The position numbers and the translations under genes were made by a program. From the IMG/VR virus record IMGVR_UViG_3300021472_000137: a stretch of 26,381 bases of DNA; one strand, written 5' to 3'. Position 1 is the first letter of the stretch. Each line of letters opens with the position of its first letter. The notes under the pieces were generated by a model that did not search any database, was not told where the DNA came from, and saw only the letters and a list, made by a program, of their open reading frames with translations. This document shows positions 15,915-24,215 of the stretch, piece after piece. The stretch comes from a virus.

Positions 15915-15932
15915 AAACCTTTATATATGGCA
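15915..15932 (+). promoter_or_regulatory. TATA box for 15961 operon (CTTTATATAT)
   Basis: About 35 nt upstream of ATG in divergent intergenic region 15794-15960. Confidence 0.55.
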
Positions 15933-15960
15933 AGGGGCAATTGAATGATGGTGGAAGAGT

Positions 15961-16269
15961 ATGGAAAGGGGGATAAAGTGGGATATGGAAACAATACCAA
16001 AAGAGGCGTTTCTGGAATTGGTGAGGCAAGGCAAAGTGATAAGAACGCCTGCGTCGCATGGTGGTGTAGTGCATGAGGTTCTGCGTTTTCTTGAGCGGAA
16101 CGCAGCGACGGCAGATGCGATTGCAGATGCGTTGAAAGTGCCACGAAAGACCGTTATGAACGCCATAAATCACCTGCGAAATCGCTACAACAAGCGAATC
16201 ATCCGCTTCTACAACCCAAACGACCGAAAGTATTATTATGTCTTGGAGGAGGAAGAAGAAAGGAGGTGA
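15961..16269 (+). CDS. Winged HTH transcription regulator
   Basis: VLRFLERNAATADAIADALKVPRKTVMNAINHLR followed by beta wing RKYYYV. Confidence 0.85.
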   Translation: MERGIKWDMETIPKEAFLELVRQGKVIRTPASHGGVVHEVLRFLERNAATADAIADALKVPRKTVMNAINHLRNRYNKRIIRFYNPNDRKYYYVLEEEEERR

Positions 16270-16275
16270 GCGGAT

Positions 16276-16656
16276 GTGAGCGTGGATAAGGAGAAGGTGA
16301 AGCAGTTCTTCTCGGAGCGTCCTCCTGTTGAAGATGAGCGAGCTTTGAAATTAGACAATCCAAATGTTGACAAAGCCATCGTTGCGTCGCTTGTCGGAGC
16401 GTCATGCGAACTTCATCAGGACAAGCAGGAGAAGAATGCGTGCTGGGAACTCTTACGACCCCTAGACAAGGACACGACCCCCGCTGAGGAAGTCTTGGCG
16501 AGATTTTACATAGAAGAGTTTGACAAGGGCGGTTTAGAAAGAATGCATCTCGTCGCCGACAGGACAAACTATATTCAGTGGAAAGCACTCCAAAAGGCGA
16601 AGCAGAAACTCATAGAAATGGGTAAACTCAACCCTGACGGAACTCCGAAAACCTGA
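16276..16656 (+). CDS. Hypothetical protein, 126 aa
   Basis: GGAGGTGA SD, GTG start. Confidence 0.8.
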   Translation: MSVDKEKVKQFFSERPPVEDERALKLDNPNVDKAIVASLVGASCELHQDKQEKNACWELLRPLDKDTTPAEEVLARFYIEEFDKGGLERMHLVADRTNYIQWKALQKAKQKLIEMGKLNPDGTPKT

Positions 16657-16658
16657 AA

Positions 16659-17243
16659 ATGCTGCAAGAGTTAGAGGAGAAGTATCCAGTAGCGAGTGCA
16701 ATCGCAGAGATGCTTCTTTTCTATGCCATCATCTACGGCACATTTTCGTTCTGCTTTCCCTCTTTATCGTTCTTGCCTATGAGCGAATACCCGCTCAACC
16801 GCATAGTCATGATGAAGGCGAATGTGCCAGAACCTTACTATATTCCGACAAATAGGACCGAAAACCTCACCGAGCTCGTCGAAGTTCTTAACGGAATTGA
16901 GTTTCCCTACATAGAGAACTATTGGGATTGCAGCGAGTCCTCCGCCTATTTAGAGCGCTACCTTGAAAATAAGGGTTTCACGACATATATCTGCGTTAAT
17001 CATAAGATAAGGCATGCGTGGCTCTGGGTTCGTGTCCGCATCAACAACTCTTCGCAGTTCATACCTGTGGAAGCAACTCGCAGACCGCACATATCCATCG
17101 CAACGCCCTTATACCTGCCCGAGCATGTATATAAAGATATATATACCGCCTTAGTTCATGAGGGAGAAAAGGAATTTGCGTGGTGGGAGCGAAAGGAGGT
17201 TTGTGAGGGAAATGGATGCGACTTCCCATCGCCTTCTCGGTAA
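16659..17243 (+). CDS. Membrane-anchored transglutaminase-like (Cys-His-Glu) protein
   Basis: N-terminal TM (AIAEMLLFYAIIYGTFSFCFPSLSFL); YWDCSESSAYL (Cys), RHAWLWV (His), PVEAT (acidic). Confidence 0.72.
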   Translation: MLQELEEKYPVASAIAEMLLFYAIIYGTFSFCFPSLSFLPMSEYPLNRIVMMKANVPEPYYIPTNRTENLTELVEVLNGIEFPYIENYWDCSESSAYLERYLENKGFTTYICVNHKIRHAWLWVRVRINNSSQFIPVEATRRPHISIATPLYLPEHVYKDIYTALVHEGEKEFAWWERKEVCEGNGCDFPSPSR

Positions 17244-17802
17244 GCATCTGTGTGAGTATTTTGGCTATCCGAAGGAGTATGCGGAGTGGTCAGTCGCACC
17301 AGACATGGATTTGCCGTTCTTGCATCGCTTCTGGAGGCATCGCTTCTCCACCTTTGAGAGCATTTACAACGAATTCGCATACATGCATCCTTCCGTGCCG
17401 AAGGGTAGCAAAATCGCAATCGGCGTGATGCTCTGCTCTCACTTCCTTTTAGACATCTACAACGCACCGCTCTTCTGCTGGGGCATCTTCCTGCCTGCGT
17501 CGCACATACCGCCTGAACTCCTAAAGGAATACTTGGAGGGCGATTATCCGCTTTCGGAACTTCACAAGGAAGAGGTAAAATGCTTCGTTCAGCACTTGAA
17601 GCCTGAGAGTGCCTCTGCGTTCATGAACGGCGTTATTGAACTGCTTGCGACGCACACGCCTTTCATCACCAAGCGAAGAGTGCGCAAGGCGAAGAAGTGC
17701 GTTGAGAACTTCTGCTCCGTCTCGCTTACGGAAACTTACGACCTGCGTGAGTTTGATTCCGCCTTCTTCAAAACGCTTAACGAATTCTTCGCATCTCACT
17801 GA
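17212..17802 (+). CDS. Metal-dependent hydrolase, YdjM/Zn-phospholipase-C-like
   Basis: True start probably ATG 17212 (MDATSH); H...APDMD...HRFWRH...SHFLLD pattern. Confidence 0.65.
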   Translation: MDATSHRLLGKHLCEYFGYPKEYAEWSVAPDMDLPFLHRFWRHRFSTFESIYNEFAYMHPSVPKGSKIAIGVMLCSHFLLDIYNAPLFCWGIFLPASHIPPELLKEYLEGDYPLSELHKEEVKCFVQHLKPESASAFMNGVIELLATHTPFITKRRVRKAKKCVENFCSVSLTETYDLREFDSAFFKTLNEFFASH

Positions 17803-18683
17803 AACTGCGAGAGATTTGTCTGCCTTATCTTATGATAATTCATCCATATGCAATCAATCCTTCGCTGACCCTTCTTGAATGTCGCCCCTTCGCCTTGAAT
17901 TCCCGTGTGTCGTGTTCTGCCGACAGCATGACAGGCAACATTCCAGCATATCTTGTGCCATCCACAACGCTCCAATTCCTCATACAACTGCGAAGGATAA
18001 CCCGAAAGCATGATTTTCACGCCTCGCTCTTTCTTTATGACTTCTATGAGCTCTTCGTGCTGCTTCTCCGTGAATTCAAACCTGTAAGAGCCGTTTCGCC
18101 GTGTCTCTGGCATATAAGGCGGGTCTAAATAAACAAATGCCTTAAACCCTTTCTCCTTCCACACGGGAACATAACGCTCATAGACGGAAAGCCAATCATC
18201 GCACTCCACCTGAACACGACGCAAACGCTCATGAATTTCTGGCAACCTGTCTATCGCTGAAAGATAATTGCGAACTGCTTTCAAAGTCTCTGTGATGTTA
18301 TAACCCCATGAATTTCCCAAACGACCCCTAAAACTCATTCTCGCAAGCACAAAGAACAAATGCGCCCTTTCAACATTATCTTTCCACTCTTTATTTCTGA
18401 ACTTTCGTAATGCCTCGTTGTATTCGCCCCTTGAGTATAGGGTCAAATATGCGAGGCGGTAGAAGCGGGCAAACTTCTCTTCATCACGAAGCACCGCATA
18501 GAGATTCATCAAATCGCCGTCTATGTCGTTGATTACCTCTATTTTCACGGGCTCTTTCGCAAAGAATAGCGAGCCAGCACCGAAAAACGGCTCTAAATAA
18601 GCATCATGTTCAGGCACGAACTTCAACAACCTTCGCACTGAATTTCCCTTACCCCCAAACCACCAAATAGGCGACCTAAGCAT
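17796..18683 (-). CDS. dam: DNA adenine methyltransferase, Dam/D12 class (orphan)
   Basis: WFGGKG, YLEPFFGAGS (motif I), EVINDID, FVYLDPPY (motif IV), FTEKQHEEL, MLSGY. Confidence 0.95.
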   Translation of the reverse strand: MLRSPIWWFGGKGNSVRRLLKFVPEHDAYLEPFFGAGSLFFAKEPVKIEVINDIDGDLMNLYAVLRDEEKFARFYRLAYLTLYSRGEYNEALRKFRNKEWKDNVERAHLFFVLARMSFRGRLGNSWGYNITETLKAVRNYLSAIDRLPEIHERLRRVQVECDDWLSVYERYVPVWKEKGFKAFVYLDPPYMPETRRNGSYRFEFTEKQHEELIEVIKKERGVKIMLSGYPSQLYEELERCGWHKICWNVACHAVGRTRHTGIQGEGATFKKGQRRIDCIWMNYHKIRQTNLSQFQ

Positions 18684-18815
18684 CTCTCCACTTTAGCGAC
18701 TTCTCACTTAATAATAGCGTTTGCCTCACAGAATCCGCATATACTCGCAACTTATAAGAGAGGGCAAACTTATACACCGCACCTAAAGGCGTTCTCTCTG
18801 CCAAAAAGATAAATC

Positions 18816-19784
18816 CTACGAGCTCGCAAGTTTCCGCCACCACGCAGGCGGAATCCACCTCCAGTCTTCATCAATCCACAGAAACCTCTTTAGGTTCAGG
18901 GGCGGATACCGCTTCAACTTCCTTCTTATCGGAGAGCCATGCTCACGAGCCCATCGCAACGCCTTCTCCGTGTCCCAACCTTTCTGCGAGCATATTCGCA
19001 AGATTTCCTCGCAGCTTCTCCTATCAGCATTCAGGTATATGCCGAGAATGCGGGAGTTCTGCCAATCCGATGCCACATCCCCCTTCCAACTCTGCTTGAA
19101 CAGATGCCCTACTTCCGCTCTCTTATCAACGATAACGGGATGCTGTAATCGCCATAAACGGAAGCCATGCTCTTCTTCCCATCCTAAGCGACGATGCTGC
19201 CACAGAAATCCGCCGAACTCGTAAAAATGCCTGAACACTTGCGGGGTCATCACAAAGGCGCATCCACATACTGTCGGAACCGCAAAAATCCTCTCATCTG
19301 AGGAGGGAGCATACCAAACCCACTCAAACGGGTGCTTCGTGAATCTGAATGTCACGCCGTAGCCTGTCGCCCCTTTAACCTCGCAGGAGGGGAAATCCAC
19401 CACTCGCACAGGCATCCCTAAAAGCGCATTCGGATACTTTCGCAGCGTTTCCACTGCACTTTCAATCGCCTCTGGTGTAAAACACACATGGCAGTCAAAG
19501 AAGAACAACGCCTCTGAACGGGGCGACGCTATAATCGCACCTGTGTTACGAGCTGCACCGCAAGACCACACCCTTCCGACGATTTTAACGGGAAAGTCCG
19601 CCTTCTTACGCACATAACTCCGCTCCTCTGCGGGTGAAGCGGTGATGAAGCATAATTCTATCTCCTCCCCCTCCGCTGCGACATCGTTCAACTGCTTTAT
19701 CATGCGGTCTATAAACTCTTCCTCGTGGTATTCCTGAATGATGAATGTTATTATTTCCCTCTCACCTCCTACTTCTTCACCCAC
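18816..19784 (-). CDS. GT-A fold glycosyltransferase with DxH motif (GT2/GT27-like)
   Basis: CGAARNTGA, FFFDCH, VPTVCGCAFVM, GWEEEHGFRLW, VGHLFK; no TM or signal peptide. Confidence 0.88.
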   Translation of the reverse strand: MGEEVGGEREIITFIIQEYHEEEFIDRMIKQLNDVAAEGEEIELCFITASPAEERSYVRKKADFPVKIVGRVWSCGAARNTGAIIASPRSEALFFFDCHVCFTPEAIESAVETLRKYPNALLGMPVRVVDFPSCEVKGATGYGVTFRFTKHPFEWVWYAPSSDERIFAVPTVCGCAFVMTPQVFRHFYEFGGFLWQHRRLGWEEEHGFRLWRLQHPVIVDKRAEVGHLFKQSWKGDVASDWQNSRILGIYLNADRRSCEEILRICSQKGWDTEKALRWAREHGSPIRRKLKRYPPLNLKRFLWIDEDWRWIPPAWWRKLASS

Positions 19785-20656
19785 TTGAAATGAGCATAAT
19801 AGTCTTCCACACTCTTCTTCCTTCTCCTCATAACTTCCTTCCGCAAGGGTAAATACTTCTTCATCGCAAGGGCAAAGATTTTTTCCTTATTCGGACACAT
19901 GAGCACTTCATACATCCTGCGCACCGTGTTCCAGTCAAAGTTTATCAAACCCGTGAGAAGCCTCGTCAAGCAGTATTCATCCGCCTTCGTTTCATCCCAT
20001 CCCTCGTAGTAGGGCTTGTATATGTGCATCACAGCAGCAGACGGAACTACATAAGAAGGATGTCCCAATGTCCACATTCGCAAACAGAACTCATAATCCT
20101 CACACGGTATTCCCGGCAGATAGCCAAATATGCTATCCCGCCATGTCTGCGCACTCATAAACTGGAAACAGCCACAAAGCGACGGGACTTCCCGTGGCGT
20201 CTCGCCAAAGGAAGGGTAAAAAACCGTGTAATGCTTCTCCATCTTTGGGTCTTCTCGTGGGTCTACAAGAACGGTTGCCAAATTCATCTCCTTCTTATCT
20301 GCCGCATACTTTGTCGGTCCTACTATTGCCCCCTCCTTCGTGTGTAAAAAATCTATGAGCTTTTCATCCCATCTCTCTGCTCTCTCATCAAATAAAACAT
20401 TCGCATCGCAGAACGCCACATATTGCGCATGTAACTTGTTTATCGCATAATCCGCCCCCAAATTCCGTGCAATCCCTCTCGGCTCTTGGTTCTTCAAGTA
20501 GACTATGCGTGGGCTCTCTCTCAACACGCTTCGTGGGGCTATCCCACTGATAATAATATGATGCGGTAAAGTAGTATAACGCTCTATGCCCCGTATGGTT
20601 CTTATTGTATTCTCCTCTGGCTCTTTTTCGTGAACGGGAATCACTATGCCTATCAT
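19769..20656 (-). CDS. GT-A fold glycosyltransferase (GT2-like)
   Basis: IGIVIPVHE, GIARNLGA, AFCDAN, VPSLCGCFQFM, CEDYEFCLRMW, VMHIYK; no TM or signal peptide. Confidence 0.9.
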   Translation of the reverse strand: MIGIVIPVHEKEPEENTIRTIRGIERYTTLPHHIIISGIAPRSVLRESPRIVYLKNQEPRGIARNLGADYAINKLHAQYVAFCDANVLFDERAERWDEKLIDFLHTKEGAIVGPTKYAADKKEMNLATVLVDPREDPKMEKHYTVFYPSFGETPREVPSLCGCFQFMSAQTWRDSIFGYLPGIPCEDYEFCLRMWTLGHPSYVVPSAAVMHIYKPYYEGWDETKADEYCLTRLLTGLINFDWNTVRRMYEVLMCPNKEKIFALAMKKYLPLRKEVMRRRKKSVEDYYAHFKWVKK

Positions 20657-20658
20657 AC

Positions 20659-21039
20659 TCAGGGAAGCATCTCTTCCTTTCGCTTTATCACGGCGGTGAG
20701 CGAGCAGAACACATCTGGCAACGCATTCACAAACGCCTCTTCTATCTCAAGGCACTGAATATGCTTGTCCGCTAACTCCTCACTGCCGACAAACTCAACG
20801 ATTTCGTCGTAAGTAACGCATTCGCCCTTCTCGCCCTTGTCGTTCAAAAAGTCTATGAGCGCTAAATGCTTATTCACGAAGTCTTCAAGCGAAACTTCCG
20901 CTGCTTGAAACGCCCTTATTCCTCCGACTCTTGACGCAGCCCTTGACATAACTCGTGTCCTCCGACCCTGAACGCTTTGACCCTGAATCCTCATCGCTCC
21001 TATCCGCTTCGCATCCAACTTTCTCGCTCTCGCATTCAT
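20659..21039 (-). CDS. Basic N-tail plus helical domain protein, paralog A
   Basis: Arg-rich N-terminal ~42 aa; SLEDFVNKH..C..DEIVE..H..C similar to 21052-21363. Confidence 0.75.
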   Translation of the reverse strand: MNARARKLDAKRIGAMRIQGQSVQGRRTRVMSRAASRVGGIRAFQAAEVSLEDFVNKHLALIDFLNDKGEKGECVTYDEIVEFVGSEELADKHIQCLEIEEAFVNALPDVFCSLTAVIKRKEEMLP

Positions 21040-21051
21040 TCTCGCATCACC

Positions 21052-21363
21052 TCAATAGGTTGTCTTCTCACGCATCTTCTTCAGCAGGTCAAAGAGCATC
21101 TTTATGCCTTCCGTCGTGCATATTGTATCTTCTGTTGCCTTCGCACACGCCTTCGCTGCCAAGAACATCTCCTCGTGCAAGCGCCATCTGTCATCGGGAA
21201 TGCCCAGCTTCTCCCTCACATCTGAAATATGAGCGCAAGAGCCTATTTCCTCCTTAATCTTGCGGTGTTCTTCTATGAACGCATCTATGCTCATTCCCGC
21301 AACGCCCGCTCCTGGACCGCCGATTTCAACCGTTCCCAACTCCCTTCTCTCCAAAACGACCAT
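21052..21363 (-). CDS. Helical domain protein, paralog B
   Basis: SIDAFIEEH..C..SDVRE..H..C; GGTGATGTGA SD. Confidence 0.75.
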   Translation of the reverse strand: MVVLERRELGTVEIGGPGAGVAGMSIDAFIEEHRKIKEEIGSCAHISDVREKLGIPDDRWRLHEEMFLAAKACAKATEDTICTTEGIKMLFDLLKKMREKTTY

Positions 21364-21382
21364 TTCACATCACCTTGCACAA

Positions 21383-22423
21383 TCACACCGCAGACACTAC
21401 CGCAGACCACCCGTAAAGCTCTGCTTCCAGTATGTATGTTGCTCTCGTGTCCGCAAGCGCCGTAGAAGGCATTAGCACATCTACATACAACGAAATGCCG
21501 TCGCCAGGGTCTACAGGCTCGCTCACATCAGAGCTGAACGAGAACTCCTTGCCTTCCACATCCCCCGTCCCCTTGAATGTAAGCTTCACTTGATATGTCG
21601 CTCTTATCCCATCCGTCGGGTTCTCAACCCTCAACCTGAATGTATATGCCGAACCCACAGTGATAATGCGGGGAATTCTTGACTCTCCGACATTTATATA
21701 GCCTTTCACCTCGCCCTTACGCACCTCAATCTCAATCGGAGGCGCTGGCGGTGCTGGCGTCAGCTTCGTCAGCGTGATATACTTATCTGTATCTTTATAT
21801 ACTGCAACAGTAGTCTCGTAGTCCGCATACCCTCTCTTTGTGAGTTTGATTTTATAAATCCCCTCACGAATCTTGAATGTTTCAGGCGTCAGCCTATATG
21901 TGTCCTCGCCCTCAATGAAAATCATCGCACCAGGCGGGTCGGACACTATCGTAAGGCAATGATAACCACTCCCTGGCGGTGGAGGGCACTCCTCTTTTGA
22001 AATCGGCTCCCAAGTAGGACCAGGTGTCGGCGGAGTAGGCGTAGGTGTCGGAGTAGTCGGAACGGGTGTCGGCGTCGGTGTTGGCGAAGGCGTCGCAACT
22101 TCCGTATAACAGAACTTGTTCGGAGCATCAGAATGATTCGCTATCCAAACTATGTCCTCATCTGTTAAAGCAACACCCCCGTTCTTTTCCCTTAATTTCG
22201 CCGCATCTATTTTGCCCGTTTTGTTGTATTTATCCTCGTAAGAGTAGCCTCCATCTAATATTGTCACCACTGCATCAACAGTGGAACCCCAATACTCCTC
22301 ACCTTTGGGAGTATATACTAAAACCGTTGTCGCATCTGTGTCTGTGAAACAGTATTTATTCGCCTCTGGTGATTCGCCCAAATACTTTGCTATGTATCTC
22401 TTGCATTCTTCTGTCAGCGCCAT
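21383..22423 (-). CDS. Pro-Thr linker + PEGA + Ig-like domain protein
   Basis: ATG 22423 coupled by TAATG; TPSPTPTPTPVPTTPTPTPTPPTP; PEGA LTIVSDPPGAMIFIEG...TP...EGIYKIKLTKRGYADYETTV; C-terminal FRLRVENPT..YQVKLTF. Confidence 0.88.
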   Translation of the reverse strand: MALTEECKRYIAKYLGESPEANKYCFTDTDATTVLVYTPKGEEYWGSTVDAVVTILDGGYSYEDKYNKTGKIDAAKLREKNGGVALTDEDIVWIANHSDAPNKFCYTEVATPSPTPTPTPVPTTPTPTPTPPTPGPTWEPISKEECPPPPGSGYHCLTIVSDPPGAMIFIEGEDTYRLTPETFKIREGIYKIKLTKRGYADYETTVAVYKDTDKYITLTKLTPAPPAPPIEIEVRKGEVKGYINVGESRIPRIITVGSAYTFRLRVENPTDGIRATYQVKLTFKGTGDVEGKEFSFSSDVSEPVDPGDGISLYVDVLMPSTALADTRATYILEAELYGWSAVVSAV

Positions 22424-23061
22424 TATGACCACCCGCACCCTATCTTCGCATCTCCCATACTATACAGCTCCAAGTAATAATAACGCACTCCTAAATATTG
22501 CTCCCATGAAATCGGCGAAGGAATGCTCGCAGGTCTTATGTCTTCTGGAATCGCTTTCCTCCTTGACTCCGCCAAATCACTCAGACCTAAATACTCATAG
22601 CGCAACGCAAGCACATGATTCCATGTCAGATTTCCCTTTCCAGCACTCTCCACATAAGCACACACCTCAGCATTCGGCACTGGTGTCGGCGTTACGGTTG
22701 GCGTCGGCGTTACCGTTGGTGTGGGTGTCGGTGTCGGCGTAGGTGTAGGCGTCGCAACCGCAGCACAGTATGGTGGCGTCTTCTCCTGCTCTTCACAAAC
22801 CGTCTTGACATCTTCTATGTCTAAATCATAACCATTCGCTTTTACAAAATCCTCGTAACTCTTCCCATTCACGATTTCTTTCGTCGTGTAGGGATAGCCT
22901 AATAACGATGCAACAACGAGCATCGCAGCGACATCCGTCGTTGAACCCGTGTGAGAATTGCCCTCTAAATCCTTGTAGGAGACGCCTGACGATGCAAAAC
23001 AGTTGTTCACGCCTGCATTGATTGCAAGCCAGTCCTTCCCACCATTCGTGAGTGTCATCAC
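22423..23061 (-). CDS. Pro-Thr linker protein with C-terminal Cys-bracketed module
   Basis: ATPTPTPTPTPTPTVTPTPTVTPTPVP, then VCAYV...YYY...GDAKIGCGW. Confidence 0.88.
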   Translation of the reverse strand: MMTLTNGGKDWLAINAGVNNCFASSGVSYKDLEGNSHTGSTTDVAAMLVVASLLGYPYTTKEIVNGKSYEDFVKANGYDLDIEDVKTVCEEQEKTPPYCAAVATPTPTPTPTPTPTVTPTPTVTPTPVPNAEVCAYVESAGKGNLTWNHVLALRYEYLGLSDLAESRRKAIPEDIRPASIPSPISWEQYLGVRYYYLELYSMGDAKIGCGWS

Positions 23062-23300
23062 GAATCACCCAACGCACATGGCGTCTTCTTATCCCCTTCT
23101 CTCACATTTCCCTTATAGTATTCCACCGCTCCATATATATAATCTTTCGTGGAAACATCAAACCCTAAATCTTTTACCCCACAGAACGCTAAAATCAAAT
23201 CCTTCAACTTCTCCGAGCTCGGATTCGAGGGCAAATCCTGAACGAATGCGCAAAATCCCGTATGCACCTTCCCTACTGTCCGCTCATCCTGCTTCGCCAT
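23058..23300 (-). CDS. Stand-alone Cys-bracketed dockerin-like module protein, 80 aa
   Basis: FCAFV..KLKDLILAFCGVKDLGFDVSTKDYIYGAVEYYKG..GDKKTPC. Confidence 0.8.
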   Translation of the reverse strand: MAKQDERTVGKVHTGFCAFVQDLPSNPSSEKLKDLILAFCGVKDLGFDVSTKDYIYGAVEYYKGNVREGDKKTPCALGDS

Positions 23301-23306
23301 CGTCTC

Positions 23307-24206
23307 TCATGCGTAGAGCGTCGCATCTATCGTGTAAGTTCCGCTCTGCAGGTTCAGCGGCAAGTCCCAACGCACATATATCTTGTCCTTCTTCCCAACA
23401 TCTATGCTCTTCTTCGCACTCGTTAGCGTCGTTGAATAGCCCGGTCCTGAAATCTTGACATCTACCCAGTAATTCGCCTTTATCTTGCCTGTGTTCTCCA
23501 CGCACACCCCTATGTTTATTGAAGTCCCCGCCTTCGCCGACGACGGAATGTCATGCTCATCGCATATTTTTCCCTTCGGCGCTGGCGTGCAACAGTTCGC
23601 ACATATCGTGTTCGCATCCTTCCCATCCGCTTTTTCAACAAAATCCCACTCCGCAACTGTGATGTTGCCTTTTGCGTGGTCTATCCATGCATTATCAGAG
23701 GAAACCACGCACTGGTCATCCGCATAGTGCTTCAACAACTCGCAGCCGCTTGAATAGTGCGGTGTCGCCTCCCAGCATGTAACCTTCTTCTCCACCTTGA
23801 AAGTGTCGCTTCTTGAATAGGAGCGCAGATTCACCCAGTTCCCCGTGCGAGGGTCTTTCGCATCCAAATACACCGCAGTTATCGTATATGTTTTGTCCGC
23901 CGTAAGCCCTAAATCAGGAGGCTGTGCCTTGAAATATATCCCCTTAGTCGTGCCATGCGTCATCTTTCCTGTGCCATAAGTATCCACCGCACCGCTCAAC
24001 GACGGCGAAATGCTTATGCGCACCCTATACTCCAAATCCAGCGAAGAATCCGCATGAACAACGCAGTAATAGAATTCATAGTATGCAGATGCCGCCTCTG
24101 GAACATTGCCGACGACTTTGAAATCGCTGAGCTTCGCATCCACCCCCGTCACTGAAATCTCTTCTATTGCTCCTATCCGTATGTCCCTTTTATGCATCTC
24201 TACCAC
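23307..24206 (-). CDS. Ig-like/CARDB-type multidomain protein
   Basis: C-terminal AKAGTSINIGVCVENTGKIKANYWVDVKI...KIYVRWDLP...GTYTIDATL; N-terminal beta-sandwich; Cys-rich helical middle. Confidence 0.82.
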   Translation of the reverse strand: MVEMHKRDIRIGAIEEISVTGVDAKLSDFKVVGNVPEAASAYYEFYYCVVHADSSLDLEYRVRISISPSLSGAVDTYGTGKMTHGTTKGIYFKAQPPDLGLTADKTYTITAVYLDAKDPRTGNWVNLRSYSRSDTFKVEKKVTCWEATPHYSSGCELLKHYADDQCVVSSDNAWIDHAKGNITVAEWDFVEKADGKDANTICANCCTPAPKGKICDEHDIPSSAKAGTSINIGVCVENTGKIKANYWVDVKISGPGYSTTLTSAKKSIDVGKKDKIYVRWDLPLNLQSGTYTIDATLYA

Positions 24207-24215
24207 CTCACACGC

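Noticed and set aside
17796-18683. Complete restriction-modification system
   Set aside because: No adjacent ORF with recognisable endonuclease motifs; treated as an orphan MTase.
18676-18858. 60-aa ORF between the glycosyltransferase and the MTase
   Set aside because: The interval looks like a U-tract terminator plus TATA-like elements (TATAAGTT twice, TATTATTAA) for the MTase; the start lies inside the GT gene with no SD.
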